A DNA stretch of 64,000 bases from Octopus vulgaris (lineage: Eukaryota): NCBI GenBank assembly GCA_951406725.2, contig OX597818.1, forward strand, positions 68,944,001 to 69,008,000. Direction: 5' to 3'. Both the position numbers and the translations under genes were made by a program. The notes under the pieces are model-generated. The model searched no databases and was not told where the DNA came from. It worked only from the letters and a program-made list of their open reading frames with translations. Numbering within the stretch: the stretch's first letter is position 1; each line of letters begins with the position of its first letter. Positions 27,020 to 40,630 of the stretch are shown here, piece after piece.

Positions 27020-27355
27020 ATCATCATCATCATTATCATCATCATCATCGTTTAACGCCCGTTTTCCATGCTAGCATGGGTTGGACTGTTTGACCGGCGT
27101 CTGGGAAGCTAGGAGGCTGCACCAAGCTCCAGTCTGATCTGGCAGTGCTTCTACAGCTGGATTCCCTTCCTAACGCCAACCACTCCGTGAGTGTAGTGGG
27201 TGCTTTTTACATGCCACCGGCACAGGTGCCAGAGGAGGCTGGCAAACAGCCATTATTGGTTGGTGTTTTTACGTGTCACCAACACGGACGCCAGTCAGGT
27301 GGTGCTGGCATCTGCCATGTTCGGATGGTGCCTTTTACGTGTCACCGGCATGGGT
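27020..27355 (-). mobile_element. RTE-type 3' UTR
   Basis: Same signature as 51998-52250. Confidence 0.85.
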
Positions 27356-27849
27356 ATATATATATATATATATATATATATGGATGGATGAATGGTTGAT
27401 TGGGTAGCTGAATACATGTAGAAGCAACACCTGTTCTGTCCTAGAGATGTAACGAATGCAAAATGATGATCAGTCAACTTTCACAGCAAAAATATGTTTT
27501 TGGTCAAATTCTTTATGAAATTATGGTTCCTTGTTATTATTATTGATGATCATTCATAACTATGTGTGGTCAGAGGTCAATTAGTAGAATATTGAAACAG
27601 GAGAACTTCAAAGATATTTTAATGATTCTGCGATTATCAATCATTTATTAAATATTTTATGGAATCTGTTTGTATCAATGCAAATACATTATAGATTAAG
27701 CAGATAAAATGATCATGACTTTCATAATGCCTTTGATCAGAAGTCTTCTCAATTAGGACTTACCAATATTATAAACTAGTATCGTACTATAAAGCAGAAA
27801 AGTACAACCATGAGCAATAATAGCTTTCAATAGGTGTTTTAGGTGCCTC

Positions 27850-28070
27850 TATAGTTGCAAAGGAACAGAGACACTTTTGACAGAGTAGAACTTTCAGGAC
27901 AGGTGGAAAAGCAAACCACCTTTGTTGGTATGTTTCTGCATCTGAATAGACAGGTGTTACATGAAAGGAAGTACTTTCCTTAAAGACATACCTCACCACC
28001 CAGTTCAGAAACTGAACCCACAACCTGAGGATCATGAGACAAATCAACTTAACCACTAGGTCATGTGCAT
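27850..28070 (-). mobile_element. Old tRNA-derived SINE
   Basis: Minus strand GACCTAGTGGTTAAG...GGGTTCAGTTTC. Confidence 0.55.
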
Positions 28071-28759
28071 TTGCAGGTATAAACTAAAAGATGCACTCAT
28101 TTTTCTTTTTGCAGTTCAGTTTATGGCCTAGATGATTATACACTTTACCACAGAATAACTGCTTAAAATATTTGTTTCGAAAACACAGTTTCAGATTAAA
28201 TCACCACCTGAAAAAAAAAAAAAAAAAAAAACTATTTACCACAGAACACTGAAATCAAATTATTTTTTTCAATTTTCTCCAGAATATCTCCATTAAATTT
28301 CTTTTCTTTAATTGTCAGTTTTGTCTGAATATCTTACATTGTTTATCGTGAATAGCAAAGAATATAAACAATTTTAAATTCGTACTTGTCTACCAAGTGA
28401 CTTTATCTAAGACACTGAAACTGAAGCGGTTATATCATCGAGAACCAGTTTTAGCCAATTAAAAAACCAGAGAATATTTTTAAGTTGTCAAAAGTAACTT
28501 TATTACTTCCTGCGACATGATAAATTATTCTGATATTGACTCACCCCAAAAATGAATGATGTTTGTTCAATCACTCATTAATTTAGCATTCATTTTATTC
28601 CATGCTAGCATGGGTTGGACAAGGGTTTTTATGAAAGAGATTTTTATGACAAGGTGCCCTTCCTGTCATTCCCTCTTGGATTGCTATTAACAAATTTGTG
28701 TATGTGTGTGTAATGAAAGGTGTTAGAGAAAATAGCTTATTGTAGCGAATTTTTATGAA

Positions 28760-29090
28760 AACTTATGGCTAAGTGTTTAGAGTTCACAGCTCACAACCAT
28801 GAAGTTCTGGGTCTATTTCCTGAATTGAGCAGTATATTGTGTCCTTGAGCAAGGCACTTCATTTCATGTTGCTCCAGTATCCTCAACTGAAAATGAATAC
28901 CAGCCAAGGGGGTGAGAGGTTGGGTCTCTTTCCTCCTTCTAACAGTCGCACCCTGGACATGCTGCTGGAAAGAGACCCCAAGAGTGTCTTTATACGCTCA
29001 CAGCTACACAAGCACTTAAAAACATTAGTGTAAACATGGCACATGTTATCAAGTGAGACTCATTCACGGGCGATGGCTGGTTGATGTAAC
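28760..29090 (+). mobile_element. Old tRNA-derived SINE with GTGTCCTTGAGCAAGGCACTT core
   Basis: Core at about 28839-28860, preceded by a decayed tRNA head. Confidence 0.65.
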
Positions 29091-30316
29091 ATAATACTGA
29101 GTTTATAGCTTTGCAAGACTCTTTCTGATCTCTATGATATTTTCAAACACTGACATTATTAGAAGTTGTTTATGAATGTAGACATAGAATGATACCAGAA
29201 GCACAAATTAAGCATGATAAAGAAAAACAAAACAAAACAAGACAAAATAGGGACCAAAATCGAGATTCTCTTTCATCTTTCCTCTTTATTCTAATTTTCT
29301 CAAACTTAGATTTGTGATTTGATGTAACGAGTCTAATTCTGACTTCAGCCTCTTCATCTTTTCTCTACACTTTTCTCTTTTTTATTTTTATTCTTTCTTT
29401 TTTCTATATTCATGTCTTCCTTTGTCTTTCTTCCTCAATTTATTTGTATCTTTTCACTCACGACCTTTATTTTATCATCCTCTTCCTCTCATTATCACTA
29501 ATCCCCCTCTTTTCCCATCTTTAATTTTTGTTTCTATGTCCTTAAATATCAGTTTATTGCTATAAAATTTGCATTTTGCTTCTCTTCCTTCTAAAAGGAA
29601 AATTTAGCATTTCACTGCTTCCAGCCTGATCATATCAATGCATCATGTTTATGTGTTGATAATAACTCCTACATGTTTCATGTACACTATTGCAACAAAT
29701 CATTGAATGTTTGAAACAGCTGTAAAGATCTATTTTCCAATTGCATCTGTGGTTACATTTATAAAACATCTTCTATAAAGGAGTTATATAATACAAGGCC
29801 ACCTATACAAGCATGTCCGTCATTTGTTACTTTTACTATAAACTATATTTCTTTAAACGATGCTTTAAAGAGCCTCAAAGACTGGAGAGAGAGAGAAAGA
29901 AACCATGACTTGTAAGTTTTGTAGAATTAAAAGCAATAACATATTGATCATTCTCAAAATGAGGATTTCAGCTGAACCCTTGCAACAATAGAATTGATTC
30001 CACTTAAGGGACCCCATATGTAAATTTATGGGAAATATAAAAATTCGAGAAAAGGCAAACCAGAAGCATTTCTGTGTAGTTAAGGAGTTTGTTTCACAAC
30101 CATGTTGTTCCAGGTTCAATACCATCTTGCTGCCCCCTTCACAAGTGTTTTGCACAATCCCCTCGGGTTGAGCAGAGGTTTGTGTGTTGGTTTGATTGGC
30201 AGGTACTGTAGAAAGCCTGTTCTGCACATCCATATGTACTTATGTATGTATGTATGTATACACACACGTAGACACACACGCACACACACACGCACATGCA
30301 GATACCCTTCCATTCC

Positions 30317-30377
<61 letters not shown>

Positions 30378-31279
30378 CACCGTCATCTTAAATGTGGATA
30401 TCCCATTCAATTTTCCATACTTTCACATGTCAGATAGAATTCCTTCCAACAGAATGTCTATGGGTGGACATTCTTGTTGTCAACCTTCATCCGATTCTAA
30501 ACAGCTCAGCATTTCCCCATGAGTGAACATGTTTCAGGGAAGGTTGATGATGAAAACACTGTGTGTATGATGGTGATGCTTGTTTACAACTGTCTTATGA
30601 TGACAATGAGGAGGAGGAGGGGGGTCGGGAGGAAGGGGAGGAGGAGGGTGAAGATGATGATGATGAGGAGGAGGAGAAGGAGGGGTGAGGAGGAAGAGGA
30701 TGACGATGACGACGACAAGAACGACAATGATGATGATGATGATGAAGAAGAAGAGGAGGTGGAAGAGGCAATACACATATGTATATGCACACATGTGCAG
30801 GCCCTTTGAACATACATGAAAGATAACAGTCAATGCTAGGATTCGAACCCCTGTCTGTCAAAATGGGTCTCCAGTGCAACAACGACACAACAGCAAGTGA
30901 TTGCATTGAAGTGACTAAATTATTGTGAAGCAAACGAGATGGATCGTTCAATCCCTAGTAATTGGTCGTTGATATTCCAATAATTATCTTTCGACATCTT
31001 ATTGAAAGGTTGTAATTATGTTAAACTTCTCTGTGTAATAATCAACGGAAATAAGTATCTGACAATTGTTGAATATCTTCGATAATTAATTAGAATTATT
31101 AGAACTAATTGCAATGATACATATTCAGTTTCGGGAATTGAAATCTCACACACGTACGTACATACATACATACATACATACATACATACACACGTACATA
31201 CATACATACATACATACATACATACATACATACGTACATACATACATACGTACATACATACATACATCATACATGCATG

Positions 31280-31313
<34 letters not shown>

Positions 31314-32250
31314 TTAACGTCTGTTGTCCACGCTGGCATGGGTTGGATGGTTTCACCAGGGCTGGCAAAGCTAGAAGGCTGTACCAGACTCTAGCATGAT
31401 TTGGTATGGTTTCTACGGCTGGATGCTCTTCCTAATCCCAACCATCCTGAGAGTGTAATGGGTGCTTTTACATGTCACTGGCACAGGTGCCATTGGCAGG
31501 ATACCAGTATCAGCCATGACGATGATTTCTCTTGATTTCATTGGTCTTCTTCTCAAGCAAAGTATAATGCCAAAGGTCTCGGTCATTTGTCATTGCTTCC
31601 ATGAGGCCCAACACTCAAAAGGTGCTTTTCATGTGCCACCAGCATCGGCCTCCTTGCCCCCGTGAGACCCAACGCTTCAGAGGTGCTTTTTATGTGTTGC
31701 TGACATGGGTGCCAGTCATGACACTAGCATCGGCCACAACTATGATTTCACTTGGCTTCATGGATCTTCTGAAGTACCACATGAAGCAAAAAGTCTTTGT
31801 CACTAGTCATTATCTCTGTGAGGCCCAAAGTTCGAAGATCATGCTTCACCACCTCATCCCATGTCTTTCTGGGTCTACCTCTACCACAGGTTCCCTCCTC
31901 AGTTAGAGTATGACACCTTTTTACACAGTTGTCCCCATCTATATGCATCACATGACCATACCAGTCCAGTCGTCTCTCTTGCACACCTCATCTCATGTCT
32001 CTTATGCCCAACTTTTTCCTGAAGATGCTTACACTTGGTCACACATGCACACTGACATTTCACATCCAGCAAAGTATAGGAGCTTCATTTCTTTGATGCC
32101 TATGCATTTCCTCAGCTGTCACAGTCGATGTTCCATTGCTGTGTTGCATATCTGTTCTCACATAGGCACCATACAGTCTGCCTTTCACTCTGAACGAAAG
32201 GCCTTTTGTCGCTAGCAGAAGTAGGGGCTCTCTAAACTTTGCCCAGCCTT
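31280..32250 (-). mobile_element. RTE-clade LINE 3' end: ORF C-terminus, 3' UTR and (GAT)n tail
   Basis: KGLSFRVKGRLYGAYVR...; MQERRLDWYGHVMHIDGDNCVKRCHTLTEEGTCGRGRPRKTWDEVVKHDLRTLGL. Confidence 0.9.
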
Positions 32251-32463
32251 TGTGTGTGTGTATATGCATATATATATGTGTGTGTGTGTGTGTGTATGTA
32301 TGCATGTATATAGTCAGCAGATGAGATCTCGAGATGCTCAAGAGAGCAAAATTCCTAGAGTCCACAGAAAAGAGTGGCGATAAGAAAATTCCAGGTGAGC
32401 TGATATGGAGACAAAGGTGATGCAGATAATCATGATTAGGCTTGTGAGATGTAAATATACATG

Positions 32464-32495
<32 letters not shown>

Positions 32496-33119
32496 GAAAG
32501 GAATACAAAAAATGGGACAAGAAAAAACAAGGACGGGTCATTCGGAGTTTTCTTTCGTCAGTGGAGTTCCAGATTATCATTGCAATTTCGGCTGGTTATG
32601 CTCGAGATTGCTCCAATCTGGCCAAAGAAAGACTAAACTAAGAGCACTAGATTCCTTGGAAGAAAGCAATGAATGTATACGAAAACAAGGACGGTAAAAA
32701 AGAGAAATGATACATGAATACATTTGCAAATAACAGGACATTAACAACAGGTGTCTTTCGACTGAGGACAAATTAAATTAAGCTGGTGTGTGTGAAAGTG
32801 AAGCCTTATGGCAGGGACATAAGAGATGACAGACATGGTGAGGAATATAGATGTTGCACGGATGCTAGTTGAACACAGGTAGTGATATATAGGGATATAT
32901 AGACAGAAACAAAACTGAAAATATTTAGAAGATAAACACATCTGTACAAGCAACATAGATATTCATACTGACAAATAATTTTACATGGAATAGAAATACA
33001 GAAAACTCTGTGGAGAACGCATAAGTTTTTTAACTCAACAGCTGTTTCTGGGAGTTTGGAATTATGTAATCATTGTAATGTTTGTAATTAGCTGATCAGA
33101 TGTGTTTATCTGCCACCAC

Positions 33120-33262
33120 TGCTGAACTGGTATTTATTTCATTGACCCCACAAGGATGAAAGGCAAAGCTAACCTCAGTATGAATGGAACTCAGAATAAA
33201 AGACAGACAAAATGCTGCTAAGCATTTTGCCTGGCATGCTGGCAATTCTTCCACCTTTCCAC
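33120..33262 (-). mobile_element. SINE family B
   Basis: GACCCCACAAGGATGAAAGGCAAAG...GAACTCAGAA...GCTAAGCATTTTGCC. Confidence 0.8.
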
Positions 33263-34239
33263 CTTCTTTCCTTTCTTATATAATATCAGATAGCCATGCT
33301 TCTCCTCTACAGCATGGTTCCTGTTCCTGTCCCTCTGCCATGCTTTAACCATTCAATACATGACATCTGTCTTCACAACACAAAGGATTCATTGATGTAA
33401 GGGGACTTTGAGACACTTTGGTGTTTTGAACTCACTGTATGTCTCCTCAGTCAAAGCTACTACCATCAGACCAATGCATATGACAAGAGTACAAGCTCTT
33501 GTAAGCACGTATCAGCAAGTAAATTGGTTACTGACACATAATGGGGTGAATAACGACAGAGATCAGGTTTTACATTCCATTCTGTAAGAACTTACTATAA
33601 AGATGGTTGCAGCACTCACTGTTCTGCTTGCACTCCATCAGTTATTATGTGATACATAAATTTCAATGAGGGTTTCATGAGTCAACCCATTACCTTAGAC
33701 CCACAGCTGTAATATTTCCTCATTAGTTGACTGTCACGACTCATTATAGTAAAAACCACGTTGGGTAACCCAAATAAGAATGACATGGCCCCAAGCATTG
33801 TACTTGTGTTAATTGCTTTGGTTGCTGATATAGATGGAAGCAGATCTCATCCCTACCACTCTTGACCCCATAGAAGATTGAGGGTGTGACCCCTGAAGGG
33901 GGAAAGGGCCACACCAACATTATGCTGGGACTTGTTTTCAATTTAGCAGACTGATCAACATGGTCAGTGTCTCAATGTACCATCTAGTCTGAGTATCATC
34001 ATCGTCATCGTCATCATTGTCATCGTCATCATCATCATCATCTCTCATTCCAGCTCCACTTCAATAATCTCTCTGAAACCTTATAGAATGTGAGGGTGTC
34101 ATGTATCTTCTCTACAGCAGCAAACCTGTCCCTGCTTCTCTAAGCATACTTTAACCTCTCAACATCTATGGTAAAACCATTTCCCTCTCTTTTGTTCTGT
34201 CATTCAGCCAAGAAGGCCTTGAGTCTTTAGAATCACATA

Positions 34240-34450
34240 GGGACCTCGCTAATGCTGGTGCTACAAAATGTACCCAGTGCACACTGTAGAGAGATCGTCA
34301 TCAGGCATAGCACCCAGCTATAGAAGCCGTGCCAAAAGCAGGTACAGGAGCACCAAACAGTTCACCAACTCATATCGGATCCTGTCAAACTGTCCCAACA
34401 AATGCTGGCATGGAAAACTGACATGAAATGCTGATGATGATGATGATGAT
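34240..34450 (+). mobile_element. Old RTE-type 3' UTR
   Basis: CCCAGCTATAGAA...TGTCAAACTGTCC...GCTGGCATGGAAAA...GATGATGAT. Confidence 0.7.
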
Positions 34451-35359
34451 GACGATGAGGAGGAGGGAGATATCTTCTATAAATACAGACATGTGTGTAT
34501 GTGTGGGTGTATGTGTGCGCATGTATACATTCCTGCTTACGTAAGCATGATGCAAAAATGATAGCTGAAGAGAGAATGGATCAATTGAGTTTAGGTTTAT
34601 GCATTGATAATCAGGAAATCAGTTTATCTTCTTAATTCCTTCTATTAGCCAGAATGGAACAATACTTATTAGCGTCAAGAATTATAGATCTCAAAATCTA
34701 TATCTGTCTTGTACTATCTATAGAACAACAACGGCTCGGATCAAGGATTGGCAGCAGCCAGAAAAACTGAGAAATTATTGCTATTCATTATGATTGAATT
34801 CATCTAAAATATTCCAACCCAAAACTCAAAAAGTTTCTTTCGAGGATTCTTTAGTTACTGTGTAGAAAAATCAAACAGAATATATGTTCAGTTTGCCTCA
34901 AGTGAAGATGAACAACTTGAATTAATAACAGAATAATATTTCACAGGAAATCCTTTAGAATCTTGAAGGACCTAGCTTGTGTTACCTTAATCTTATTTCC
35001 TTCATGCTTTTCTCACTTTAATGCTGTTATACGAAATATTCATTGAAACACACTCACTGCTGTAATTCTTCAAGTTATCTTTTCTTCCTTTGTGCGATAA
35101 TATTCTTGTTATATTTTCTTCTCGGCATAAACATTATATTTATATTATATTATTTTCTCTTCGAACATGACAAGGATTACATTGCTAAGTCGCAGTTTTA
35201 AAGATTCTCCAAATAATCTTGTTATAATAATTTTCACACAAACAGGATGAAAATAATATGTGCGCATTTAACAGTTTTCGCAACATCCTTACGCTTTCTC
35301 TACCTTTACATATTTATAACAATCAATATTTTATATACAACCCTTTCCATGCTGCATTC

Positions 35360-35660
<301 letters not shown>

Positions 35661-36847
35661 CAAGTATGTATGTATATAAGTGTGTATAAATATTTGATTA
35701 ACTTCAACTGCTAAATGAATAAACCTTATTTTTATCCTTTTAACTCATCGTTGTTGTTTTCTTCTTTCTTTTTTGTTTTCTTTTCGTTTTCGTTTGTTGC
35801 TTATTTTCCAAAATATCTGGATTTACACTTATCTGCGTCCATCTTTCATTAGTGAAATGAACAGATTTAACATGGATTGTTCAGAGTATTTATTTGTTTA
35901 ATTGTGTTTATCTTACACTTATTTTATTTTTTATTTTTATTTCATTTTTCCACGATGGTGGTGGTGGTGGTGGTGTGTGGGGGGAGGGAGAGGCATGTTG
36001 TCAGCCAGGTATCTTGTAATGTCTACATTCATATCATTTCATTTCATTCTTTATTTCCACACATTCTTATAAGCTTTTATTAATATAAAGGTTTATCTCA
36101 ATAGAAAAACAACAACTGCTTCTCCGCCGCCTCTGCAAAAATATAACTTACAGATTTGAGAAAAAGCAAAACACACAACACAAACTATATAAATATTACT
36201 CATTTTTATGTTGTACAATTCTATGAAGCTCTTAGCTATTTTGATAAAACTTGGATGGCACTGTTTACCAAATCAGTTTCTATGGTGTTTGTTCTATTGT
36301 ATGTAGTTCCAGGTTGCAAAAATATCAATTAAAAAAATAACAAAACCTGTTACAAAGACTGGTGCTGGACCATTTTAAAGGAATGGAAGTAGTTAACTGC
36401 ATTGATACCATTTTTAGGACTTACTTGATTGTTACTGGCAGCTTCACGTTTAATCTTCATCATAATCATCATCATCATTATCATCGTTTAACATTCATTC
36501 TCCTTGTTGACATTGGTTGGACAGTTGGACAGAATTTGGCTTGCCAAATTTGCCACACACCTGTGATGAAAGATTTCCAGACAATGGACATAAGATAAAA
36601 TAAGAACAATAATAAATGTGTGAAGAACAAATATAGTGTGTGTGTGTGTGTGTGTGCACGTGTGTGCGTGTGTGTGTGCGTGCGTGCGTGCGTGTGTGTG
36701 TGCGTGCGTGTGTTTATTCGGCAAGGAAAATATTTTTTGACCATCCCAGAGTATAACAAAATATCTGTTTCCGTCATGATTTCATATCAGGAATTTTACA
36801 AAACAAATTTGTAAACATAAATATTTATGTTCAGTATGAGTCAAAGT

Positions 36848-37008
36848 GCCGGTGGTGGTGCCACGTAAAATATATTGGTGATGGTTTCACATAAAAATCA
36901 CTGGTGATTGTGCCACATGAAAACCACTGGTGCTAGTGCCACATAAAAAGCACTGGTGATGGTGCCATGTAAAGAGAAGCAGCACTGAGACCACATAAAA
37001 AGCACTGA
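36848..37008 (+). repeat. Tandem unit of about 26 bp, about 6 copies (CTGGTGATGGTGCCACATAAAAAGCA), derived from the RTE UTR
   Basis: Directly visible; the same core occurs at 22035-22110 and 49820-49950. Confidence 0.8.
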
Positions 37009-37077
37009 TGAAATTTGTTAAGAGTTAAGTTCTGTTGCATGTGTGACATATTTTCTGATATTATCCACAATGGTTAA

Positions 37078-37294
37078 CCCTTTAACATTCAAGATATTCT
37101 CTCAAATGTAAAGTTTATTTCACATTATTTTGAATTAATCACGCATTATCTCATAGCTTAGAGATGTCAAAGATGTGATTGTATACTTTTAGAATGACAT
37201 TGTAGGATAGGTTTGAGATGCCGGATCCAGCCAATTTGGACATAAAAGTGGTAGAATATCTGGGCCAAATATGGTTGGCTTAAATGCAAAAGGG
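37078..37294. mobile_element. piggyBac-like MITE (217 bp) with TTAA target duplication
   Basis: TTAA|CCCTTTAACATT ... AATGCAAAAGGG|TTAA. Confidence 0.85.
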
Positions 37295-37499
37295 TTAAAA
37301 TATACTTCTAATATTGACTTCAATGTGACAGATGGTACCCTAGTTTCTTAAATAATTGTTTACATATTTAGCAAGGAACCTCTACCCTCTACATTTACTA
37401 TCCTCTGCTTATTTTGTATCAAGGGTCATCACTCACTTTCACCATTTATCAACCTCTTGCTGTACCTCACTCTTTCTCTCTTCATCTCTTGAATGTTTG

Positions 37500-37665
37500 T
37501 CATCATCATCATCATCATCGTTTAACGTCTGCTTTCCATGCTAGCAAGGGTTGGACAATTTGACTGAGGGCTGATGAGCCAGATGGCTGCACCATGCTTC
37601 AGTCTTGATCTGGCAGAGTTTCTACAGCTGGATGCCCTTCCTAACGCCAACCACTCCAAGAGTGT
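37500..37665 (-). mobile_element. RTE-type 3' UTR fragment
   Basis: CATCGTTTAACGTCTGCTTTCCATGCTAGC...CTGGATGCCCTTCCTAACGCCAACC. Confidence 0.85.
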
Positions 37666-38964
37666 TTGTGCTGTGATAAAATGTAGTCATTACACTTTGT
37701 TAAATGTAGGGATCTGAGGATCCCTTAATTATGGCAAAGATGTAACAACCTCTCTAGTGCTTGGGTTACAAAAAAGTGCATCCAATGTACTCAGTCAAAG
37801 ATATGGTTGAGAAGAACTTTTCAGTCTTATGGAAGACATCACAGTTTTTATTTGCTGGTGCCATTGATAAACTGCACCAAGAACACTCTGTAAAATGGTT
37901 GATTGTAGGAAGAACATCGAACCAGAGAAAAACAAGTTGAAATGGAATTTAGTTGTAAGATATAGTATTCCAACCCATCTAGGAGATCATTAACGACCTC
38001 TCTAACTCATGCTGACAAGAAACTCAGATATAAAGCGAGAACGATAATAATGTTAATGAAGTATTAACATGTTGAATAAAATAATAATGTATATTAATAC
38101 GGTAAGGTTTTAGGTAAGAATTTATAAAATCAGAAAGATGAGAAAGCTGTTTAAGATTCCGTGAGAATCTAATATATTCCTTAGATTCAATTAGCTGGCA
38201 GTATTTACCAAAGTTATGACAAGACTGAAACTTGGGTCAGTAAATGATTGCATTTTTTTTAGATGTATCATTTGTCAACACCTATTTTATCCATTGTCAA
38301 TTACCATCATTAAACCATTTCTATTTTCCTACATTTTGTTTATTTTTATTCTTATTTTTCCTTATTCATCCCCCGCCACTTCCCCAAATACAAAACTGAT
38401 GTTGGTGCTACTGGTGAGGAACAGTCAATTCTATACAATTATAAACTTTACACAAAACAAACCGAAAGTTTTGAGACGTGTTCTTAAGACGTGTTTTTAA
38501 GACTTTTTCTCAAAAATGTGTTCTTTTTTCTCCAGACTTTGTTAATTGTTTTTTCTCCATTTCTTGTGTATCTCATTTGAATATTTATCTATTTTGTTTT
38601 TGATATATCTGCTTTTTACCTTTTCTTTTTGCTTTTGTTGATATCTGCTTCTTTGTGTGTGCGTGCGTGCATGTGTGTATACATATATATATACACATAC
38701 ATATACATACATATATAGATATCGTATGTTTACATAAGAACAAACAGCCCTCAGTCTTTAATTATTTAAACAATTTCAAGGCTATTATTATTTTTTACAT
38801 ACCCATATCTACAAAAACTCAATAATATAATTATTATCAATTTCTTTTAATTAATTAAGCCTGAAAGTGACTTAATTGTATTTTCAAGACTTTCTTAGAT
38901 ATTTTACTCTTTCTTCTGCGTTTTATGTAAATATTTATCTTTCTTTTGTCTGGAAGTTGGTATC

Positions 38965-39215
38965 TTTCATCTTTTATCTTTCACATGTTTCAGTCATTAG
39001 AGTGCGACCATGCTGGAGCACAGCCTTGATGAATTTTTAGTCTAACTAATCAACTCCAGTACTGTTTTTTATTTTTAAAGGCAGGTATCTAACCTATCGA
39101 TCTCTTTTGCTGAACTGCCTGGTTATGGGGATGTAAACACACCAACACTGGTCATCAGGCAATAGGGAGCAGGGACAAACACACACACACGCACACACAC
39201 ACACACACACACAAA
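38965..39215 (-). mobile_element. SINE family A, 3' half
   Basis: TGTTTCAGTCATTAGAGTGCGACCATGCTGGAGCAC...GGGGATGTAAACACACCAACAC. Confidence 0.8.
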
Positions 39216-39799
39216 TATTAGTGATAACAGCCAGAAGAAGGTTCTTCTTTTCTGCTCATCAAAGTGAATGGAGATTTGACCAGAAGCAATTGAAGAGAAA
39301 GTTCTTTCTGTTAAACTAAAATAGTTCTGCGTAAATAATTTGCTCATCTGTTGAGTGTAGAATTTGTTGCTGTTTATTTCCTGACGAATTAAAGGAATTG
39401 GCCCAACATATAAAGGATCACTTCTAAAGAATCTCAGCCATGTTCCTTACATGGTTTCAGCTCAAACCTGTGGCCATGCTGGGGCAACATAAATCTGATA
39501 GATGTGGGGACCAAGGCAGTGGGGGTGTGGGATTAATTGATTAAATCAACCACAGTACTTGGCTGGTACTTCATTTTATCAATATAGAACAAATGAAAGG
39601 CAAAGTTGACCTCAGATGGATTTGAACTGCTGGAAAAATGATCACAAATTCTGCCAGTCCACTGATCTAGGACCAATGGAGAATATTGCAAATTCTTCAT
39701 TTTGAGAAATTCAAACAGGAATGTTAAAGTGGTGTCTCTCTACAATGAAAGGTTTTGCATAATGCACCAAAGATCTCATCACTCCATGGTGTATCCTCT

Positions 39800-40180
39800 C
39801 CTGGTTGAGCTTTCTCAGACGTTTTTAGCTTTCACACACACACACCATCCATCTTGCTCCAGCATTAGTTGAGGGAGGTCTTCAGGGTGGCATCCAGTGT
39901 CTCCGGTCAGTTGTTCTATATGCTTTGTGTATGGATGACCTCCTTGAGTATGGCCATGCTTTCGCATCCATAGCAATAGGTCACTTACCAACTCTTGTTT
40001 AGCTTGCGCACAATGTCCCACAAAGTGTAGGGGGCCTTACCTTCATAATGGTAGAAACATGCAGAAGATCTCCCTACAGCTGTTTCTTGATGGGATGAAT
40101 TCTTCAAGATATGTTTAAGACTGTTGGTAGCATTCAGGTGTAAATGCCATCTCGCTTGGATTCCATGGTGCACAAATGCT
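39800..40180 (-). mobile_element. Second RTE/RTEX-type LINE ORF C-terminal fragment
   Basis: GHCAQAKQELVSDLLLWMRKHGHTQGGHPYTKHIEQLTGDTGCHPEDLPQLMLEQDGW fits the GHC.R...DVLLW.P.HG....GRP..YIDQL..DTG pattern. Confidence 0.75.
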
Positions 40181-40309
40181 TTGCAATTTATTTGTTATAA
40201 CGAGGGTTTGAACCTCGGACTGCCAGGCCTAGCAGTTGCACAACAACTACAACAATGACGACAACAACGACAACGACTCTCTTTCTACTTTTATGATATT
40301 TAAAAATTG

Positions 40310-40630
40310 TCGAGTGTGGTCGTTGCCAGTGCTGCTGGACTGGCTCCCATACAGGTGGCATGTAAAATACACCTTTTGAGCTTGGACGTTGCCAGAAATG
40401 CCTGACTGGCCCTCGTGCCAGCGGCACATAGAAAGCATCCACTACACTCTCGGGGTGGTTGGCATTAGGAAAGGCATCCAACTGTAGAAACTTTGCCAGA
40501 TCAGACTGGAACCTGGTGCAGCCTTCTGGTTCACCAACACTCAGTCAAACCATCCAACCCATGCCAGCATGGAAAATAGACGTTAAACGACGACGACGAT
40601 GATAATGATGATGATGATGATGATGATGAT
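40310..40630 (+). mobile_element. RTE-type 3' UTR with subunits and (GAC/GAT)n tail
   Basis: Family signature. Confidence 0.85.

Noticed and set aside
30825-30895. tRNA gene suggested by GGTTCGAATCC (also near 40200 and in SINE heads)
   Set aside because: B box only; I could not build a cloverleaf; these look like decayed tRNA-derived SINE heads
34985-35005. Minus-strand MKEIRL-AG|GTAAC mini-exon, and strong donors near 6737, 24411 and 43159
   Set aside because: No consistent acceptor or frame support; expected by chance in 64 kb
36848-37008. CRISPR-like regular repeats (also 62662-62920)
   Set aside because: Units are contiguous or have homologous spacers, belong to a LINE UTR, no cas genes are present, and the context is eukaryotic
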